Part shown: one piece after another, positions 57,363 to 64,000 of the stretch
Numbering within the stretch: the stretch's first letter is position 1
How the letters are laid out: every line of letters begins with the position of its first letter
Assembly (NCBI RefSeq): GCF_964355755.1
Contig: NC_092672.1
Span: 6,448,001-6,512,000, forward strand
Direction of reading: 5' to 3'
Length of the DNA: 64,000 nucleotides
Origin: Antedon mediterranea
Lineage: Eukaryota; Animalia; Echinodermata
The notes under the pieces: generated by a model
What the model saw: the letters and a program-made list of their open reading frames with translations, nothing else
What the model was told of the DNA's origin: nothing
Databases searched by the model: none
Program-made: the position numbers and the translations under genes

Positions 57363-60300
57363 GTGAGTTTTAAAATAAATACTTATATTGTTCTCAGGAT
57401 GTGTTGTGCTTACTTCTTTCCTGTTCAACAATTGTCAAGAGTTCAACAATACATTACTCTGTGATTAGCAAGAATAATCAGGATATAAAATTCAAATCCT
57501 CATAATATAGTCTACCTGCCTGACTATTACATTTTTGTTTACACTGTGTCAGAAAAATCGTTACTGATGCAATTTTCTTTTTTATTGTATAATCATTTTA
57601 GGACAAACTGATTCCTACTGTGTGTTTCTAACTTTGTACACAGCATGGTCAGTTACAATACTGTACTGTAGTCCTATATAATACTGTACATTACTGTTTA
57701 CAATAGTAACCCTTGCTTTGGTCACCATAAAAGGGCACTTTCCTGTAAAACTAGGTCTACACTATCAAAGTTTATGTGACAAAAAAATGTGATGTGCCCA
57801 TATATGGACATGACGATGTCATATCACTACCATATTTTGGCAAATCACTACCATATTTGGGCACATCACAATTTGTTTGTCAAACTAGTTTGATAGTGTA
57901 GACCGAGCTTAATAACGACCAACCCCTATTTAGAGGACAAGCCCTATAAAAGGAGACTTTTGTCACAAAGGTGGTGTCCCCACCACAGGTTCTATTAATA
58001 TTACTGATATTAGAAAATTCTATACTGTTATACCAACAGTATTAAGTTAATTTAAATTCATCTTTTATTGGTCTACTTTATATAAAAATCAGAAAATCTT
58101 TGTTAATAATTAGATTTCAACCAATCAATATACAGTAATTATAAAATTGCAAGAACAAAGATACTGTATGTTTACTGTTATTCATCAACTATTACACATT
58201 TTATTGTTTTAGTAATTATTCATTTCATTTTAATGTGAATCAGCAAAGAATTTGATTATAAGCAAACTGATGACTCAGCAATACATGATAGTACCAATCT
58301 TTTGTTATTTTTATAATATCTACACTGTTCATTCAAGTGTGACAATGATTCTTCTCTCTTGACACAATGACGACACTGCGGCAGTTTTTATTTCCTATTT
58401 CCCCATAATTTTAACCATTACAATGTTAATGATCATTTGTCATAAAGTGATGACGCTTATTTTGCAACTATTTGATACTTAGTGTAAACTCTACTAACTA
58501 TAGAATTAGTCTTATGCAGATTGATTTAAATGATTATTGTACTTGAGCAGCACACGCCCACACATGTAATATTGACTTGGGTATAGTATATTTATGCACA
58601 ACTTTGGTCATAAACCCACATACTAGATTTTTATGCAAAAGTTATTAACAACGTCAGTTAATACAATTTAAATTTTTTCTCATGCAAACAAAATGTATGG
58701 TTTCTATTAATGATTATGGTTAATGATTATGGTAGTACTTTTTAAAGCACAAACAGTGACACAAGGTTGCACTTTGGTAAACCCACCTATGGTGTTATTA
58801 ACAATTAAAACCCATAGAAGTTAGAACTTTAATGAAATCCAGTACATCTGTAACCTACAGAAAAACTGTAAAATTGGTTTTTTTTTTGTTGTGTATTGTT
58901 GTAATGTATGTAGGCCCATCCCTTCTTATCTTAACAAACTAAATTTATAAAATGTTGTCGGATGATTTCTTCTGAGGAGTGACATCAAAGTCATGTACTA
59001 CTATGCACAATAAACACATCATTGTTTGTAGATGCCTCACAATCAACTATTCACACTGCTCGCATATAAACAACAAGGATTTTTCGCAGCTAGATCTGTT
59101 TGATTATCTGCACAAAACTCTACCTTGTCAGCGTCTTTAACCTACTGTAGTCACGATTGTGTATCCCTGTAAATGCTCTAAATGAATAAAGTTCTTTGGT
59201 CAATAGTATGCGTACTAAAACCATGGCATGCCAAGACATTTTGTTTATCCGTAGCGGTCATGTATTGTACAGTAGGATGATGACACACATTATTATTTTC
59301 CTATGATGCTAGTTAGTTTGTTCCATCCCCACAATATTATTATTACTCAATCATAAAGGATGACAATTAAAGTAGTTAAATTGTTTCCTGTGTTTTGACA
59401 ATTTCCACGCTTTTATGAATTGACGTTGACCATACAACTTCATTCCTCTTGGCATATTAACACACTCAAACAAGCAGCCTCTGAAACTTGAGAATTATTA
59501 ACAGCAGGGCTAAAATTAATTTTAAAAAGTAATTGATGTGTTAAGATTCATTGATTTTTGCTATCTTTATAACCCCACTGTTCAGATCTGATAAAGATGT
59601 TTGATTTAATACAGGTAAGATTTATTTTTTTGTAAGAAGTATACTTTATTCAAGTTTACTTAGACCCGGATAACAAATACAGTATCTGCTGTATCTATTT
59701 AGGCAGTCATTGAAATAAACCGTGTCCGGGTATATCACAGATTATATCCAAAAAATGTTTGTTAAATAATTGCATAATAGATTAAAGCGTAAACAAACTC
59801 CAGTTACTGCAGTATAGTACTAGTAGCTGCAGTAGAATAATGCCGGTCCCTAATGAAAGTGAAGATACACAGTACAGGTTGTATCAATGAAAAGATTTAT
59901 TGTTAGAGCAATAGTATTTGACCACAAAGCGTGTTACACATATTTCTTGGAATACTCTAGATGTAGTATAATAAAATCATATCACACACAAATGAATATC
60001 CTGTAGAAATGTATAGAAAGGCTATAGGAATACCATATGGTTTGATGTGTTCATTATTGTGGGTATTTGTATTCATTCTATTTATAATTTCAATAGTTGC
60101 TATAAAATATGCAAATATAGGAAAACTAACATCTGCGTTTATGTCTTGTTATGAATAATACTCCATGCCACCTACTTTCAATGATGTTTACTTCCACACC
60201 TATTTGTCTATGTGTTTCTACTCTACCTAAATATGGTAATCATATGATTACCATATTTATATTCATTGTTGCCATGGTGAATAATGCCTCAAATTCTTAA

Positions 60301-60801
60301 CTAAGCCATTCATGAGCTATTTCGTATACGATGTCAATCATAAATGGAGTCAATGAAACTCATTCAATTAAATTACTACAATGTACTGATAGTCGACTAG
60401 ACTGGATCTACCTTGAAGACTGTACTGTAGTGTCTGTGGCGAGACATCAATAGAAAATTACAGTTGGGAGAAATCTTCATGAAAAGTGTGGGTATAGATG
60501 TACAGCACAAGCTAATTAATTTGGTTCTTGCACTAGAAGTACCTTTCGCAATTCTGTGTTTTAAGACAGAAATTGTCAGTATTATATTACTGTATATATT
60601 ACCAAGTGCAGTAGTCCCAGGGTGCCTGGATACAACTTTTTGGGGAAAAATTAGGTTGGTTAATTTGAATTCAATACCCTGATTACTGCTAGGTGGATGT
60701 GTCCCACTTGAGGAAGTTCTGGTACGGACTATATCATTGTCCAACAGGGGTGTGATATTTTAATGTTATAATGTTCTTAATTTGTTGGTTTATCCAGGTA
60801 A

Positions 60802-60980
60802 AGCGTGGTTCCCACTAGCGACGCAACGCAAGGACGTAACGCAACGCAAGTGAATTGACCAATCACAAGCGATGGCTTATTCGCTTGTGATTGCTAACTG
60901 TCTATAACTTCGCTTGTCATTGGTTAAAACGCTTCCGTTGCGTTTACGTCCTTGCGTTACGTTCTAGTGGGAACCAAGCT
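60802..60980. mobile_element. Harbinger-type MITE family B
   Basis: TIR AGC(T/G)TGGTTCCCACTAG ... CTAGTGGGAACCAAGCT with TWA flanks and internal ACGCA/TGCGT inverted motifs. Other copies at 479-594 and 39114-39248. Confidence 0.85.
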
Positions 60981-63900
60981 TTAGCAGCACTCATAGACTA
61001 CCAACACCACTGTTGGTTTGTGTAATTTTATATTCCATAAGTCCTGTGTCTGAATTTAGCCTAAATTAGGGGAGGATTATACTAAACAATGGGATTTATT
61101 ATTAAAATTATATACTCAGTCATAATATGGTGTATTTTTATTTATTATTGAGAGTAGTTTCATTGCAAAATGTATGCTTGTTTTTGCTGGGGCAATAATG
61201 GCTGTTGGTGAACAATATTGATCATATCTTTCTATAGTTAGGCTTTCATACAATGCCTTATGTCAGCATCATAATTACCTGCTCTATTATCACCCAAGTA
61301 CTTGATTGGAAATTTATTGCTGATGTACGAGGTCACACGCTCTCTCACAGGTGAGGTCATGGTACCGCTCACTCAGGTGAGATGGATGCAGCATTGTGGT
61401 GTTTATTGCATTAAAGTAAAGTGTATGGATAGGTTTCATATTAACAAGTTAGACCTAATATACAGTATAATAGATAATACAGTACTATGAAATGTTTCTT
61501 AACAATTTATTATAGTAGTTAATGCATTGGGATCTTAAATTCTGCATGGTGTTGGGCGTACTTCTGTAACTGCATGGAACAAATTGTTCATACTGTTAAT
61601 TGTAGTGTACCAACCACTGCCCTAATTTCTGTTTATCTTGCATTCAATTGGTTTATAAACCACAATAGAACCAACTCCTTTGGGACACCCTAATAAGGGA
61701 CACTTTACCGAGCAAAGGGAAATACTGTACATGTTTAACACTACCGCCAACCCCTATCTAGGGGACATCCTATTAAAGGGACACTTTTCATGTTAACAAA
61801 GGTGTCGCGAGCAAGAGGAAATACATGTTTTATTAACACTACCGCCATACAAAACAATACTTTTTTAATTAAACAAAAATTAATATGGTTACCAATTAAA
61901 AAGGATAGGCTTGCATGTGCGTGAAGTTGTAAAGTATTACACATAAATGACCCATTCAAACTATTTTTATATTTCCCTGTCTACTTATTTATATAAGGAT
62001 TTCCACAAAATCTATAAAGTACAATAAAAAAAACACAGGATTACAATGGCTTATGTACAGCCTTCATTAGACACCAAAATAACCTATGCTGACAGAAAAA
62101 GGTTATTAAAAGATACAAATTGTTAAACTAATGGCAAATAACAAGCATATTTTTTTTATTTTTACACAACTGGCCTCTCATTTTTCAAATAAATTGCTTA
62201 TTTAATAATCCTATGTATTACTTTATGTCAGAAAAATGAATCATCTTACACAATTTGATTGCGAATTAATACTATTTAAAAAAAATAATATTCAGAGATA
62301 GTGTTAAAGTGGCAGATTCATTGATCTATGTATTCTGTCATGATTTATTTTTATTCAAGAAAGTCATACTTACAGTATTATAATTCCTAGCGTAAAGATT
62401 ATATCTGGGAAGAGAATACAATTGTTGAAGGTACCGGTACATTTTAAACACCAAAATATTTCAAATGTACAGTATGTCCCTTTTTGTGACAAGTGAGACA
62501 ATTTACATTTAAAGTTTTGCTGTATTTGTATATTTAGTATGTTTTGTATTTTTAAGCATTTTTAATAGCGTTAATATTAGAAATTGTTTTCTATAAAAAT
62601 GACATTAAAGCTACAATACACACTATATTATGACAATTCTAAAAAAGCCCTCTCTCCTCACTAATACCAATAACTGCTCTGGGGAATTTACTCGTTCCAA
62701 TAAATACAGTATACAATACAGTAAAAACATAATAGATGTCTGAAAATTGTAGCGAATGATGTTAGTTACTGTTTTTATCTACTTTCTATTTGTCATAATG
62801 AAAGGTAATATAACACAGAGTTTGTACAAATATTTATAAAGAGAGTGCAACAGGATACAGTTGTGACCTTCATGCAATTCAAAGTTCTATGATAAAAAAG
62901 CATAATAAAATGCACCATGGCATGATTTGAACCAGTTATTCATACTGCAACCAAACCACTACACCATAAATTACTGTACTTGCATAGTACAGTAATGTAA
63001 CTTGATAAACAGGATAAATCATGCAGTATAAGCCTACTGCCCAGTTTCAGACTGTTTATGCATGTTTGCCGTTTCATATGCATTGCAAAATTTAATCTTT
63101 CGAATAATTTACATAAATGACATCAATGATCTATTAACCTCATTAACAGAAATTGCATTTATTACTTAACAGTTCAATGAATTCATCATCAAAATGATGA
63201 CTTCTGTAATGTATATTTCATTGTAAATTCATATAGAAGTACAATAAATAGTTTGGGGACATAGATTAGAACCTTTTAAGGAACCCACCTGTATTGCTAA
63301 ACAAAAAAAATAAACAAGACTTGAACAAGTTATGAAAAAGAAATGTGAAATCTGTTTTACTTTATCCGAAAATTTGCCAAAATTAAATCAATTTCAACAT
63401 TCTTACTTGTCTATAAATTCTAAAATTTTAAAAGGTTTGCGCAGTTGCACTAAATTGTCCTGTTCAGCAATACCTACTGTACCACCATTTCATTAATAAT
63501 ATTATTAAATATAACTCCAGATTCCATTCAGAATTTTGGACTACAGACCTTTGTGCTATTTTTTCATTTCACACATTGGTTAATAAAGAAAATGAGAGTA
63601 CATTACCATATAGAGTTACTCATAATTACGCTAGTCCATCTGGACCCTGCAATTATACTAATGAATTTATTCTAATAAGTCGAGCAATGAAACTAGATTT
63701 CCAGTGTATTGAAAGTCATTTGTGCTGAATTGGCTCGGTTCAGGTGTAATATATCCAGGGACTAGTTAATAAGGATAGAGCATGATTTTCAAGAAACATT
63801 GGGTAGATTAATACTGTACCGTTTTAAGGGTGAAAAGATCTTGGACCACAGGATGAGGATCACTGCCATGATTTTTAAAGTCTTTAGGCACATGGCCAAG

Positions 63901-64000
63901 AATTACCAATAGAAGTTAATCATTGTTCTATCAGATAATCCTATCAGATAATCCTATCAGATAATCCTTAAGATACAGGGGCTATTTTGTGAAACAGTTC

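Noticed and set aside
58265-59000. Other CTGANGA words (58267, 58972; also 47170, 57094, 9801, 24365) as hammerhead partners
   Set aside because: None has a stem II followed by GAAA and an NUH triplet.
60397-60744. Overlapping ORFs on both strands
   Set aside because: Non-ATG starts, no domain similarity that I can recognise, and no convincing splice sites.

Overview
This is AT-rich (roughly two-thirds A+T by eye) intron-rich eukaryotic genomic DNA, not prokaryotic. It is most likely a marine invertebrate. An echinoderm-like deuterostome is my guess from the GPCR type and a DeuSINE-like repeat, and this is not established. Positions 1-45522 on the minus strand hold a BLTP2/KIAA0100/hobbit bridge-like lipid transfer protein gene. 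About 50 GT-AG exons can be followed, and the 3' end lies beyond position 1. Two adjacent introns of this gene carry opposite-strand genes with single-exon coding regions: a class A GPCR (13812-14771) and a secreted LamG/ConA-like protein (23602-24339). Head-to-head with BLTP2 is an intronless, highly divergent cyclin-fold ORF (46871-47974). After it comes the 5' part of an unidentified gene with an acidic N-terminus (coding exon 56940-57362). Non-coding DNA is full of non-autonomous DNA transposons (about 19 copies of one Harbinger-type MITE, plus hAT-, Kolobok- and Tc1/pogo-like elements), LINE/SINE remnants, fold-back hairpins and minisatellites. The most notable unexplained signals are a minimal hammerhead ribozyme in sense orientation in a BLTP2 intron, a duplicated in-frame exon end, a minisatellite built from a branch-point region, and excess TACWGTA and promoter-clustered TAGGCCTA words. 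There are no CRISPR arrays, rRNA genes or convincing tRNA genes. All homology calls rest on remembered family motifs; no database search was run.
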